Positions 1-13,903 of a stretch of 64,000 nucleotides of DNA are shown here, piece by piece; positions within the stretch are counted from its first letter, which is position 1; each line of letters opens with the position of its first letter. Source of the stretch: Phoronis australis (lineage: Eukaryota; Animalia; Phoronida); the NCBI GenBank assembly GCA_002633005.1, contig NMRA01000209.1:420429-484428 (forward strand). Reading direction: 5' to 3'. The notes under the pieces were generated by a model. That model saw only the letters and a list, made by a program, of their open reading frames with translations. It had not been told where the DNA came from and made no database searches. The position numbers and the translations under genes were made by a program.

Positions 1-2321
1 CTGTTGATATTGCGTCAGTTCACCGTGAAATCTGTAACGTAGCAAGCGCTCTTTGGAGCATCTAATAAACCAGCATGCGGGCTTTTGTGCGCTAAACAAT
101 TCAGCAGTCAGTGACCGAACCATGGCTTTATTATAGATTACACAAAACCATGTTCAACACTGCGAAATTTGGCACCTAACCCCCATGACGGTATTAATTA
201 ATATCGTGATTATGTGCGGAACGTGGTGAATGCATACTCTGGCTCATTATGTTCGGTGGAAGGTGAATAAATAGTTTTTATCATGAATAAATATTCAACA
301 TGTAATAAGTGCGGTACATATGAACACACATTGATTTAACTTTGGAGTTTAACTGCGTATTATTTTTTCACTATACAGTAAGTTCATGCTCTTACTAAAA
401 CTAAATATTTGATGTGTGACGCCAACATATACATCAGTTACAATTTAGACAATTTTCAAACTAAGACCTAAGTTCTACCACGTTTTTTTCAGTAAATGAT
501 CGTTCTTCGGTATGATAACATATTTTATTGAATTTGTCTTTGGATTATTGAAACTTTTCGCAAGAGTAATGTAAGATCGAATACTATACTGAATAGCGTA
601 TACTTTAAAACCTTTTCTTAAGTGAATCCGGCCAACCACGTCTGGTTAGCAAGAGTGATCTAAGACGTACATGTACATGTAGTAAATGTAAGAAATTTAG
701 TCTTAAACTCCACGTTACTATTCCTGAAAAATAATTAAGTTGCACTTGAGCAAAATGTCAAATATCTGAAAATATACACAAAACAGATAGTTATTGAGAT
801 AATTTCTATAAATCATTTCCAGTAAGTGATGCGCCTATCATTACTTGGCTAAACCTATATACACCATGCACGTGTGAAGTGGGGGCGTTATGCCTCAATT
901 CTCGCTTAAGTCTCGAGTTACTTTTCATGAAACAGACACAATGGCTCATTGACTGCGCTATGTTTAATCGCCTACGTCGTTTGTGTACATGACGCTGTTT
1001 AGCGAAGTCTCGCGTTTTTGCGGGGTTCTGGCGTCTACAAAAGAGACGCACCGAAGTCTTTTTGCTAAGTTCACGGGTGATAAAACCATATACACGGCCT
1101 GTATTCGTTGTTTAACTTGAGTGCCGTAATGCAATACTGTCGTCCAATATCCAACTATCAGTTTTATTCATATCATATTAGAAACCCCTCCGCTTTAAGG
1201 GGGAATAGGATTTTTGGGTCGAGATTAATAACTGTCTTGATATGAGAAAAGTTTAGTCAAAATCTCATTGGAAATACACAACAAAATCAAGCAAAATTTC
1301 ACTTTTCATCAATCTGAACAATTGTTAGTTAGGATTCTACAGTCACTGCAGAACATAACGAAAATGCTTTGGCCGCGCTATTTGACGAGGTTTGGTGGTA
1401 ATTTAGAAAACTGCATGTGAAAATCCTTTTGACTTCGAAGTGGCTTTCGTGCAGTGTTATAGAGTTTGGTTAAGGAGACAACGTGGTTATTTTCCATTCT
1501 CTATTGAAATTTTGCTACAACGTTTGTGTTGTTTCAGACTGTAACTCAACGGGATTTTGCTTGGTGTATAGCGCATTTAGTTCTCTCGACTGTCTTCGAT
1601 CAATTCAATAAATATTTAAGCTGTTTTCGATGCAAAACAGTGCTGTTTCTGCTTTGGTTTTATTTTTTGTCGGTTGACTGTGATTGGTGAAGAATCTGCT
1701 TTGACACCACTTCAACTCCCGCGTTGCAGTTAACATAATTGACCCAGTAGGGACATGCAGCTGAGGAGGGGAGGGGTGCATTTTTCAAACTTCTGATTTG
1801 GGTGTCATTTCAGATTAAAGTGACATGGAGATCACGATTTTGGGTTCAGTCTGATAATGCAATGCACGGTATGAGCACTGACGTTATTTTATAACGTCTA
1901 CAAATCCATCTAGCAAAAAGTAACCACTTTTTCAGATCAGAAGAAGCATTTTAAGACTTTGAGTAATATGTATCAATATGGTTCACAATTCTAGCTCTTG
2001 CTTTCAGTAAACAAGGGTCGAGCTCTTTTCTGTTTGGCCAGCTACATGTGTAAAAATCGCTACATATTGGGCATGCCAGCTACAACAACATTGCTCTAAA
2101 AGATGGCTGCATCGGTGTCTCACGTCATTTTTCTGAACTCTAACGATAACTGCTGAACTTTGCTTAACCACTTGTATTATATGCATTCATAAGATCACCA
2201 TTGTTACTAACACCATAAATTACTTGTTTTTGTCTATTTTGTTTAAAGTCACGTTTCGCCCATTTTATATGGTTAAAAACGGAAATGGAATTAGGCTTCG
2301 TACTGTACACCCATAATGCAC

Positions 2322-2454
2322 TCAGTAACGCTAGGACCTTGATTAAAACAAGACTTCGCGAGATTACGTGAGACATTGCCGTGTATTTTAAATGAGATCA
2401 CGTGACTTTGACTAGATTTTAGCAAAGTCCTAGCGTAGGTTCTAGCGTTACTGA
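2322..2454. repeat. Short foldback / MITE-like inverted repeat
   Basis: tcagtaacgctag near 2322 and ctagcgttactga near 2443-2455 are reverse complements. Confidence 0.4.
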
Positions 2455-3259
2455 ACCCACGCCCGGTCACATAGTACTCTTTTCCTATTCTACATGTATT
2501 TCCGTTACCAACAAAAACATCAAAATCATCAGCTACTCAAGACGCCGTTTCAGTATACTGGGGTCTGCGAATTCGAAAATGCCGCTTGTACGCGCATTGC
2601 ATAGGACATGACTGCAGGTTCGATCGGTAGTCATGATTGAATGAGCGTGATCATTTTAATAACTCCGAAACACTTCGCTTAAAATTCATCCAGCGAAAGC
2701 AGGTTAGGTGCAACTTTGACATTTTTCTTTCTTTTTCTCAACCATTCTTGCCTGAGTATACATTATATGCACCCATGTATTCGTAACATTTTCGTTAAAC
2801 ATTTCAATTTATAAAGTTACTATTTCAGGAATTTAAAATTGTAGTAACCATTTCGCATACGTGCGGTTTTTGCAGGGAAAACTAGAGAAATGTGTTCATT
2901 TGTATTGGTCAATATGTAAATGTGTTAAATACAAATGTATGTTTGGCTTACCTCACTTCATTGGATAAATTAAAAGGTTAACTTATGTTTAATTTATTGT
3001 GAAGAAATTTTCTTCGGCAAATTGACACGACCGAAAATGTTGAATTTAATAATAAAGGTTGGTAAGTATAACATATAACGTCAGAAATTTGTCAATCGGT
3101 TGACATGTTTCAACTCACTAAAAAAATGTTTCAGTATGACACAATTGAGAAGTTTGTCTTGAACACAGTGAAAGAACACAAAAGTCTGTAAACATCCATT
3201 TCAATCAACCATTGCAAAAGCCATATGTTTTAATTGCTAAATATCATTTTTGTCTCCAG

Positions 3260-3463
3260 GTTTTCTTCTCATGGCTGCTGCCCTGTTGGCGACATCATTC
3301 GTCTCAAACCCCGACTTGATATTTGTGACTTATTCCTTACCGTTTGGCATCGGTGCAGGATTGAGTTTTATAGGAAGCTCACTTATCATTGGTGAATATT
3401 TTGACGTCAAGCACAAATATCACGTGCTCACTACAAGTCTCCTTCTCTGTGGATATACTGTAG
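3260..3463 (+). CDS. SLC16/monocarboxylate-transporter-like MFS protein, internal coding exon (first visible)
   Basis: Acceptor tctccAG at 3258-3259, donor GTacgt at 3464, phase 1/1. Encodes GFLLMAAALLATSF...TYSLPFGIGAGLSFIGSSLIIGEYF...GYTVG, resembling MCT TM3-TM5. Earlier exons were not found in the window. Confidence 0.88.
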
Positions 3464-3670
3464 GTACGTAACTCACTTAGGCGGCTTTGTTTCGCAATTA
3501 TGATTTACTCTGGCGAGAAAACGAAAAAAACCTTTACTAGTTCTCAAAAAATCGCTGTTATATCATTCGCTAAAGTGAAGGATTGCAACAAGAACGTTGA
3601 AACAATCTGCCATTCAAGAAAAAGAGGGTTAGCCAACACTGAAATTGTGAAATTGAAAATGTAGCAGTTA

Positions 3671-3809
3671 CATTGGCGGCGCCGCACTGAAAAAAGTGGG
3701 GGACTATAGCCCCCAGCCCCCTGTCGTGCACCACCCACAGGCCATGGACGGGGTAGCACTGAAACCATAGGGCTGTAGCCCCCTAGCTACTTATGGTGCG
3801 CCGCCCATA
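3671..3809. mobile_element. GC-rich MITE-like element in an intron (two tandem sub-units)
   Basis: Termini cattggcggcgc ... gcgccgcccata. The internal block gcactgaaa...ggctgtagcccc / gactatagcccc is repeated. No TSD seen. Confidence 0.35.
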
Positions 3810-5162
3810 ATTAATGCATTGTCCGTGACTTGAGTTGCCGACTCATTTGGCGACAATATAATATCGGATGAGCACGGTAATCTATTTAAAACCCCGTGAG
3901 CTTCAGTTCAGAATGGAACAATGACAGCTAAACAGTTATGACCCTGTAAAATCTAAGCTTTATGCCATAACAAGTATTTCGATTGCCTGGAGGTCTGATG
4001 TTGCACCAACATGCCAGACATACGGACATTTAGTCCAGGTAAACGTTTAAGTTCCATTATTTTGTGTTTTCAGTTTCGGTATTAAGTGAAGGACCAATGA
4101 AAAGCGACTGTTAGAAATTTAGAAAAGCGCTCCACATAACTATTTTCGGTTAATAATCAAAATTCACTGGAGGAAACGTGAAAAACCTCTGAGAATATAC
4201 AGTTTTTGCTACAGGGTTATTTTCTTGAAATCATTTCGATACTGTTGCTGTCCTAATTATCTGTCTAAACTCGTTCCAACAATTGTGACATGACAGCATT
4301 TTCCCGTTCAGTGACTTAACCAGACGCAAGGGGTTCTGAGCGTGTGATAACATCTAGCTTTGTTAACTGCCAAGCACAGTCGTTGGTCTGTTTTGACAAC
4401 AGGCACGCCAATAATCTACCAGGCTTATTAGAGACCACATGTGAACACCGTCAAACCCAGAATGAATTGGTACATTCGGAAATAATAGATTATCGTAACT
4501 TCGGTTGCAGTTGGGCGATTTTGACGATTCAAAAACTAAACATGATCACCATTTGACGAGGATTTCAGATATTCTATTGGCTTATGTCCAAATATCTTAT
4601 AACTTAACTTTTATTTTAACAGCACAGCTTAGTCAGGCTAGATACGATCTTACCGAAAATTAAAGCAATTATCGAACAAAAGAGAGCTGGTCCTACAACC
4701 CTGAATAACAGAATGGAGTTAATCAGTCGTGTAAGATTTTGGCTACAGGGGTAAACTTCCCAACTTGTTGTTGAGGTATAGAATCGAACAAGTTAGGAGC
4801 AACGGGAAAACGCCGTAATGAAGTGTGAACATAAAAGACCAAGTTTGTGACTTTTACGTCTTAAGAGACTTATGAAACCGGCTCCAGCTTGAAAATCTTT
4901 GCCTTATGAATATAACTTATAACAAGAAGAACAGGCGTGGGCATTTGTACATTTTTCATTTGAGTTGATCTCAAAAATTTCGCGGTATTGCTTAAGGAGT
5001 GGGTGTGACTTTTGAAGTTATAAACCTACAGGTACATGTAGAGGTAGTGATTCATAATCCACAATTACCTATAGTGTTGTTTACTCTTTACAACGAGATG
5101 CATACGTTTGGTGTTTCGCCATTGGGAATCTAATATTTACATGTAAACTTCCTCTATTTTAG

Positions 5163-5458
5163 GTAGTCTATTATTTAATCCAGTGGCCGCAGCCTTGTTG
5201 GAAATTTCGAATTGGCGCAATACCCTTCGTGTTGATGCCGCGTTATTCGCATCCGCTGGTATTCCGCTGAGTGCACTTCTCGTGTCTAAAAGAACTTTAG
5301 AGGGCGGCACCATCGAATACAAAGACAAGCAATTTACCTGCCGGAAAGAAATGTGCTCAAACTTGAACCAAAATCTCAACCAAAAACCGGAAACATTGAT
5401 GTGGATTGTGGGAAATTTCGTGAACTCACTTTGTTATATGATGCCATTTTTAAATTTG
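5163..5458 (+). CDS. SLC16/MCT-like MFS transporter, internal coding exon
   Basis: Acceptor ttttAG at 5161-5162, donor GTgagt at 5459, phase 1/0, joins the previous exon in frame. Encodes GSLLFNPVAAALLEISNWRNTLR (MCT-type WR motif before TM6), the central loop and TM7 (YMMPFLNL). Confidence 0.88.
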
Positions 5459-7194
5459 GTGAGTTTTAATTGAAAGTGTTCGTACGTTTGAAAAGTTAAA
5501 ACACAAATATTCTCGGCAAACTAGAATGAAGACGTATACCGAGAAATATGTGAAATTGACACACTATACCTGTACATGTACAGTAGAAGCCAAAAGATTT
5601 CAGACAAAATGACCCGGAAGTCCAAGTCATGACGGCTGGCACGACGCCGAATTCAACGTTCGAGTAAGTCTTTTCTCACGACCGAGAAGGGATGGAAATT
5701 ATTGGAAAAATTAGTAAGGTGGCAAATCCTTTTTCAACCATTACTAGTCATTCTTGCTGTAAACATAAATGGCGTTAATGACGTAATGGTATTTTTCTCC
5801 CATACGTCAAAGCTCGTCTCCTTCTTTGGTATGACAAAGCATAGATGATGAGCAGATGAGTACGAAGCCCCCGGACAGCTTCACAAGATCGGACGACCTC
5901 GCATTCTGTCCTCGCTCTATTTGGTGTAGACATGGTACGGTCAGCAGATTTGAGGGGGGCAACGGGCCATGAACCCCCCTTATATTCTCCTACATTACGA
6001 TTGGCAGTTCGGTTGTGCGATCATCAGACGGCAAACCCTGGCTAGTATTCTGCCCTGGCCTCCACTAACTCAAAATCATGAATTCGCAACTGGGAAACGG
6101 GTGGAAGGTGACGGTATTCCTGTGAATCTTTCGTAGACGAGACGCTGGCTTGATAGCAACAGCGGTCATGCTTGCCCTTGGTTGTTTATACACTGCCCCG
6201 CCGGGATAGTTTGACTCACATAAAGCATGCCATAAATTCTCGTAAGAATATTACGTCTTCACTACGACAAACATGATGGCAATTATCTCGTCCTTTTCGT
6301 TTTGTGACATAATTAAAGACTTAATGTATGAAGTGGTATGGGCGCTTTCAGAGCGAGTCTGCTGACCGAGGTTTTGGACTGGCATATTTTATTTATACTA
6401 AAATGTATGTTGAATCGTTTCAGGCCATATACATATAAACAACAACTGAATACAATTCACAGTTCCGCATGCCGGAAGTATTACGCAACGAACAATTCCT
6501 GCCTTCATCCGGTCCGATCAGTAAACTGGTTTGCGTTCTGTAGTCCCAACAAACTTGCAATTGCGGTAAAAACCGTCCGTCGCTTATAGAACGGGAGCAA
6601 CAACTCCCTTTTCACAATTCAACTCCACAGCCTCCCTAGACCGATCACTTCAGTGGCCGACCATGTTACTAGGACAGTCAACAACATTCAGGCGTACACT
6701 CGCGAAACTTTCGCTTTTAACTCTTCCGACTTTCCAAGATTTTGTCTTTCTCGCAAAAAAATTAGTCCATGAATTGTTCTCATCTCTTACTTCCGCCGAT
6801 AACTGTTCTCACTGGCCGAGGCAAACGCCGATTTTCCTAATCCCAGAATCGATATGCAAGACCGTGTCATTTCACTGACGACGATTTTAGAAACAAGTAG
6901 CAAAACAAATACAACTGCGTTTCAGTCAAAGAGGAGCACACTTTTCGCATTGCACAATTGCTCGTACATACGTTTCAGGTTTGAGCAACTGTTATTCACT
7001 ATTATAGCTGTCGACTAAAACTGTTCAAAATATATCCAGAGTGAGTAACATCTCCCAAATTAACCCTTGACGCCTTCAATGGGTCCCGTGTAACATTCGT
7101 CTTAAAGAAAACTTTGTAGGACAAGTTCTTTTATTGTACAGCACTCAAGTTGAGTGTAATGTCACGTTAAAGTATTCTTTTTTGTAAATTTCAG

Positions 7195-7423
7195 GCTTCG
7201 TATATGCAGAATAAAGGGGTCGTAGGACCAAATTCCTCTGTTGCTATCATACTACTGAGCTTGTTCGAGGCGGTAGGGTATATCCTGGCTTCTCTCGTAG
7301 GAGACAAGATAAAAGGTCGTCTCATTTATGTTAACGTAATCGCCTCGTTCGGTCTGACAATTATCTGCGCAGCCTGGCCATTTGTGGATGGGTCTTACTT
7401 TTCCATATTGGTTGTTTCGATGG
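7195..7423 (+). CDS. SLC16/MCT-like MFS transporter, internal coding exon
   Basis: Acceptor tttcAG at 7193-7194, donor GTaagt at 7424, phase 0/1. Encodes ASYMQNKGV...LASLVGDKIKGR...VVSM, including the MFS motif-A-like loop. Confidence 0.88.
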
Positions 7424-9589
7424 GTAAGTTCAGCATCACGGAATCAAAAGATCCTCAGTATGGAAACGGAATAATTATTGAGTTTAGAATGTTTCCTTGA
7501 CTTTAATTCCTTAAAGGAGTTTGTTTGACGAAATTTAGTTATGATTAAGTTCCACTTTTCCATGTTATCCCCTAATATATAATTGTAAAATAATGTTCTG
7601 TAACATTTGTCAGCCCCCAAAGGCTTGGAGCATGTAAAAACTCTTGTCTGCTAAACCGGTAACTGCAACGCTTTCTATGAGTAATACAACCGCTATAAAA
7701 CACCTCACGTTAAAGACCAGAAGATCTATTTACATGTAATATGACACAGCAAGTAAGTAATTTCAGTAAAATTCCTCCTTTATCGTTCACCATGTAAGAC
7801 GCTAATATAACAGAAAAGAACAAAACGAAGACTGCTTGAAATTACTGAATAGGGTTTAGTATCGCTTAAAGTAAATAAGTTTCAAAATTCGCTTATACAA
7901 AATGGTGCCCCTTACCTTACCCGTTTACGCAAACATGTACATGTACAAACACTTCTTGAGGGAATTAGGCGTAGTCCAAGGGCGTGAACCGGTGCTGTTT
8001 GTTTTAAGGAAACCGTTCTCGTAGTTCCATGAAAGCCCTTACAAGTCACGGATTACGTCCTAACGTGAAGGACTGGTCCTTGCCTAAGTGCCCTTGTGAT
8101 TTCTTGTGAACTAGGCGCCTGACGTGTTCTAATATTTCTTAAAAGTCCCAAAATGAGCACCGTCACAAGAGGCATATCAAAGTTTTGAAACCCACACGCG
8201 CAGTTCCTTATCGATGCTCGACACGCCCTGGTCAATGTGTGTTGCCATCCAATCCCTGTTCTTTGACGATTCTGGATTGTTTGAGTGGTACCTAAAAGTG
8301 CAGAAGATTCCTCGGTTACTGAATTCAAATGCATCTCTGATGCAGAGAGCTGCCATCTAATAAAAATGAATCTAAACCCAACTAGTGGATTTTCTTATTC
8401 ATATGATTACAAGCCCGAACAAACCAGATGTTTTAAACTACTTGCGACGGATATATAAAACTGTCGTCATACCTGGCCTAACTCAAGCGTTTTCATAAAC
8501 TTTCTAGGGAGTGCGAATTGGCCGCAGCTACAGTCAAATGTACAATGCTACCTTAAATCAAGCCACACTCTTCAAATGTTAGTAGCTCTTTTTCCTCTGC
8601 TCTTCAGTTTTGAAGTATTCGGACCTACCCTACCATCTTTTACAGGACAGGCTACTAACTCTTTTCAGTCTTTACTAAAAACTAATGTGAAATACAAAAG
8701 AACTGGTGTCAGAACTTGGCAATATTTGAAAATGGAAATTCCACCTTAAAAATGCTACAAGTGACCACGGAAACCTTATTGCATTTCATATTTTTTTACT
8801 CTGATGCTTTCCTTTGCACCGTAAATTGAAACCATTCTCAAAAAGGTGGCTAAAGGTTGGAAATTTTCACTAAAAAGCATTGCTTCCCTATGCTTTACAC
8901 TAGATTGTGAAAGCAAAATTATTGTTGGTTCTCAGTATTTGGTCCAAATGTCGTTCAATCAGATATTTTGACAATTCTGGATTCTTTGATTGGTTGGAGT
9001 CACCATTTAAAGAAATGGGGTCTACACTCAAACTAGCGAGCTTTTCGGATTCACAATATGTTCACATGCACAAGCAAACCAGAACTTACTCGCCATGGAT
9101 ATCATAAAAACCCAAGAACGTAAGTTCAAATTATTTACGGCTATAAGTCCAACGTGTCTCCTATCCTAGCAGACTGAGGGCCGCCGTGGGAACTGATGAG
9201 TTATGTGAGATCGATTTTTGCTTGATGTGTTCCAAACTTGTTAGAGATCTGCCATAGTATATTTTTGTGTTTAGCTGTATGTCTCAGGAAACTGTTCACT
9301 TTGGCTTTGAGTAAAATTTGCTTTAACTCGTGTCCTTTTTCAAGTTATACAGTCGATCACATTTCTGGAGTCTACAAAACCCACCTAACTTTCGTTGAAT
9401 TAACACCAGTGGCCGTTTGTTATAAATCATATGGGTAAAACTAAAACTTGCTATCATTGGGAAGGGTGTTTATTGAATGGGAAACCATGAAAGAACATTC
9501 GGTCGCGCAAAAACATGATTTCATATTCTGAAGCGCGTCGGCGACGGTGGTGGTGCTTTGCATAATTATAACGATGATTTTATTTGCAG

Positions 9590-9730
9590 CGTATGGAACT
9601 TGCCTTGGGCTTTCCATCGTATACTCGTACGCCGGATCTGCTGAAATAACCCAGCTGCCGCTAGATGTCGCGTGGAGCTACACCAGCATGAGTATGGGCT
9701 TCGCGATGCTGCTGGGACCTTTCCTGTCGG
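9590..9730 (+). CDS. SLC16/MCT-like MFS transporter, internal coding exon
   Basis: Acceptor tttgcAG at 9588-9589, donor GTgagg at 9731, phase 1/1. Encodes AYGTCLGLSIV...MGFAMLLGPFLS (TM10-11, GP-x-x-SG pattern). Confidence 0.87.
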
Positions 9731-12051
9731 GTGAGGTGAAATTAAGTTGTGCGAGATGCTACGCACGTAACGGTGTCTTGGGCCTCTGTGTTGCTTTGGT
9801 ATATTTGGTATGATGCATACCTTTGTCGTCTGAGCACAATCTATCGTCGTGCATTGTATAAAGCTGCAAGGCCAGGCACACGTATGATCGGGTGGGATGC
9901 AAATTTTATCAAAAAAATATGTTGCCGTTACTTTGAAACCAATGCGTCGTAAAACAGCCTACCGTTAAGATCTAAACGCATAGGCAACACGTTGCCCCGC
10001 GGCTACAACACTCCCCATAGGCTTCTGTGTTAATTTCATTACCGTGTATTTTAAAAGGCCGTAAGCCAAAACCGCTCACCGAATAAGAGGTTTTCAGGTC
10101 GTCGAAAATACAAATTACACTTTTTTGTCACTTAAAAAAGTGCTTATTTGTTTTAGCGACCAATTCTATTTTATTCATATCCTCAGTGAAGCATGTCCAA
10201 GAGATTTAAGATTATTTTTTGGGAATATTTCGAATTCCACTTCTGTCTTCGCAGTTAACTTCTTCAATGCGCTTCATATAAGCCTAAAGTATTTCAATTG
10301 AAGTCGAACGTGAGTTGGGCCGAAACAAACGCTAGAGTTAACGGAACGCGTTACCTGGTGTCTGATATTTGCAGGAAGTGACTTTTTGTTCGTGAACTGG
10401 TGTGATTTGGCCTAACTTCGTCATAATGGCACCCTTCAAGGGAAGATACAGTGAACATCGAGTGATTTTCATGAACATGTTCGAATTACAATATTTACTT
10501 TCCCGTGCATGTAAAAATCAGGGCGGCCCGCAACGCTCCTTGCTGGCCCCGCTAATCGTAATCGTGTCCAAAATTTGACCGCCAGACATCAAGACATTAT
10601 CCTGACAGGAAAACTTTACCGCTACGCAAAAATTGCATGTAAAATGAATACGCATTTACACAAGTTACATTTCTACTGTCGATGTTTGTTGATCGAACGG
10701 GAAAAATGATTTGAAATCGGATTTTAAAGTTTCTCCTTGATAAACATAACCTCCAATCCTTGCTTTCACTTAGTGGCCTGGCTAACATTCGGTACTACAT
10801 GTACCTGGCTATCTGACATACATGTAGCAATTGAATACAATCGGGAACCAGGCAACTACTTTGACATTAGTTTTGTAAAATGGTGAAACGACAGTGAACG
10901 CTGATGGCGGAATGAATAGAGAAACTGTGAATTTTATTCATTTTACTTTGTTTACTTTTAGGAAACAGGTCGTAAAACAACGTGAATCATTGGCACGAAC
11001 TAGCCAATAGCTTAACGAACAACAAACCAGCCTAGTTATTTCGTCTGCTATGGTTTCCCGGCTAACGCCGATCCATCTGATTTACATTAAGCAAGAATAT
11101 AATAAACGATATTAACTCATGTTTCATTATACAAGTTAGTTCATTGAAGGTCGTTCAAATATTTTTTTTCTTTCCTGTATGTTCGTGCTGCAGCAGGATA
11201 ATTCAATTTTAACGAGTGCGTAGTCTGAAGCCTTGTTCTGGCGGCGTGTCCATGTCCTAAAGCAACTTTAATCAGTGATTGAAACATCATATATAGTATG
11301 ACACAAAACTCTTAGTACACTGAGACCAAATAATGACACTTCATTGCAGCGCTGGGCTCCGCATCTGCTGCAACTACATGTATTCACCAGCACGCTCCTT
11401 TCGAAGCCAGGGGACACACTGGCATTGTGTTGACTAAATTGTCCCCAGAGTAATGGTATTGCGTTAACCATAACTCATTGCGTATATATGGCTGTTTCAT
11501 TCGATGTGATTCTTTGTATTTTCAAATGAGTAACTTTTTACGGCGATATACGAATACTTGTATATGCATTTGGTAAACATGTAAGCAGCGATGTAATTGC
11601 CTACTAAACGCATGTCTGGGCTCGAGGTGAGGGACTTTCTCGAAGTGTATTATTTATTTGTTCTGCCGCGGCACTACGAAGTAGAGCAAGGTCCACTTGG
11701 AATGCTTGCCCACTTGGTATGAGATAATCGCTTTCACTGCCCAGCACGTACATGTACTGTAGCTGATGAGGTCGCCATAACCTTTCCATTACACTATGAC
11801 TGCATACTTTGTAAGGAGGCGGCAATGTCTTATATCATCAAACATTACACACCAACAAAAACATCATATTTTTGTTCATCAAATGATGTTTTTGTTGGTA
11901 TCGGAAATAGTATCATGGGGGAATGTGGTGATACTGAAATGCATCTTTAACTCAGTCCACCTATCCACTCGACTGCCTGCGAACTCGTCAATATTACTAC
12001 CTGAATCCCAGATGGCCGTTCTCTTTCTCATTTAAGTTATTTACATTTCAG

Positions 12052-12254
12052 GTTTGGTGTATGACATGGAAAATAGCTTTGACAACGTTTTTTACGTCAC
12101 TTCGGCTGCTTACGGAATCTCGCTCGTCATTTTCATTGCCATTGCTATAATCAGAGAAAAGTGGCGACTATATAAAAATGACTACCAGGAACTGGACGAC
12201 AAAGATAGTGCGTTAGTGCCACTCGCAAGCGATCTGACCGACGGTCAAAGTTGA
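12052..12254 (+). CDS. SLC16/MCT-like MFS transporter, terminal coding exon
   Basis: Acceptor tttcAG at 12050-12051, phase 1. Encodes GLVYDMENSFDNVFYVTSAAYGISLVIF... (MCT G-x-x-Y-D...F-Y pattern, TM12), stop TGA at 12252-12254. Confidence 0.88.
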
Positions 12255-12661
12255 ATTTTAAAGTGCTCCCGGAAGTCGCACAGTTGATCACACCTGTCTT
12301 ATGTACATGTATTCGAAACATTTCAGACAAATTCAAGAGACACCAGCAAAGAACATGTAATCTAGCGACGTGTTGAAACATACGGGCACGCCGTCGCACT
12401 GTCTGCAGTTGCAAGGCCGGGTAGTTAGCAATTAGAATCCCATGCCAAATGATGCCGTATGCATTTCCTAATATGTTCTTTAACTTTTCGAGATCCATGC
12501 GACAGGAATGCCTGCGTCGCATGGTTATTGCCTATGGGAGGCTACCATTCTTTTCCTTTGTTGCTTTTTTGTTGGATATAACAATACAGGTCGCACGATA
12601 TCGTACCTTGGGCGCCAACCATCCGGTTACGGATAAATGCTTACCATTATCTTTATTATAA

Positions 12662-13903
12662 GTGCCGTTTACACCACCAAAGTTGACACCGATCAGCTGA
12701 CACTGAACGAGATGTTCTAGGGCAAGTATGTGTGTAAAAAAGGACTGACGTGGAGCAAATTGACACCGCGGTGACAATTTTTGCCGCCCATTTGTGAGGT
12801 AGAGCAATTTGTGCTCAATCATCTTGCTCCGTGACAATTATACTCGGGAACCCAATGGTCGTCCGCCTAAGCATAAAACCGACTTGCTGTTGTACTCACC
12901 GAATTATTCCACTTCAAAGTTATGATCTGAATAGGATTCGATTTAACTCTCACAGATATACCGCATTCATCGATTCGGAAGTTTTCTTTAATTTGTGCCG
13001 AGTTATTTCAAATGTGCACTGCCTTCGGCAGCCATTTTATTGTGACACCTAAGTTCGTCATATGCTGCCCCCTTTTGTAAAAACTGAGAAACATGCAGAA
13101 AAAGGCCAACGAAGTAATGAAAATTGCAACAGCCTGTTTTTATTGACATAAACTCGATTTGAAGCTTTGATGTTGAGCTCTGCACTGTGGTTTCCAATAA
13201 AAGCCAATTGGACAACATTTCAATGCAGTTTAATGGTGAACGTGAGGCAAAAATGTTAAGAACCCAGCGTATCGCATTTGTCTGCGGATTTTTCCTTTGG
13301 CCTTCTAGATCCTACTAGTGCCTGGGACAAACAGATACATTGCATAAACAAACCCTGGATCATGTTTTGTGTCCCGTCGGAAGAAAATTTAAATTCGAAA
13401 ACATCTTCTGAAAACGCACAAAAAAGTGTATTAGTAAAATCTACTGATTTTTAAGTGGTTTTAAAAAACAATCGGTAAACTCACCGATTTTTGTCTCATT
13501 ACTTTGATACGTGTCTCTTCCGATAAGTTAGTACCTAACGTGCAGACGAGCACTCCAAATTGGAACGCTAAGTCCCGCGTGGTTGCGCTGCACGCGAAAC
13601 AAGATGGCGGACGACCTTTGGAGCCTGACGACAATAGGTAACCGGACGATATATGTCTAAAGGTGAAACTGGGGCAAGGCGGAAAAGATCATCTCTACTG
13701 CGCTTGTGCAATGACCTGCATACGGGTTCTCTGTCTCTGCAACTCTCGCAAATTTGTAAACCTACGCATGTGCATTCGACTCTCCAGCCTAAAACTTCCG
13801 TTTTGCCACAGTAAATGAGTTGTGTGTGTAAACGGTCACTTGACACTGATCAATTTGCTCCGTGTCAGTTGCACCGGGCCAAAACTTGATGTCTAAACGG
13901 CAC
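12662..13903. mobile_element. Non-autonomous PIF/Harbinger-like DNA transposon
   Basis: TIRs GTGCCGTTTACAC / GTCTAAACGGCAC, plus subterminal inverted motifs (ggagcaaattgac / atcaatttgctcc). Flanked by TAA and TGA, fitting a degenerate 3-bp TWA-type TSD. Confidence 0.65.

Noticed and set aside
1814-1868. AG...GT-bounded 55-nt candidate upstream exon of the transporter
   Set aside because: No MFS-like translation, and such splice-like signals occur by chance.
2607-2635. Hairpin catgactgc-aggttcgatcg-gtagtcatg with a T-loop-like GTTCGA
   Set aside because: No cloverleaf or A-box context, so a tRNA or SINE cannot be supported.
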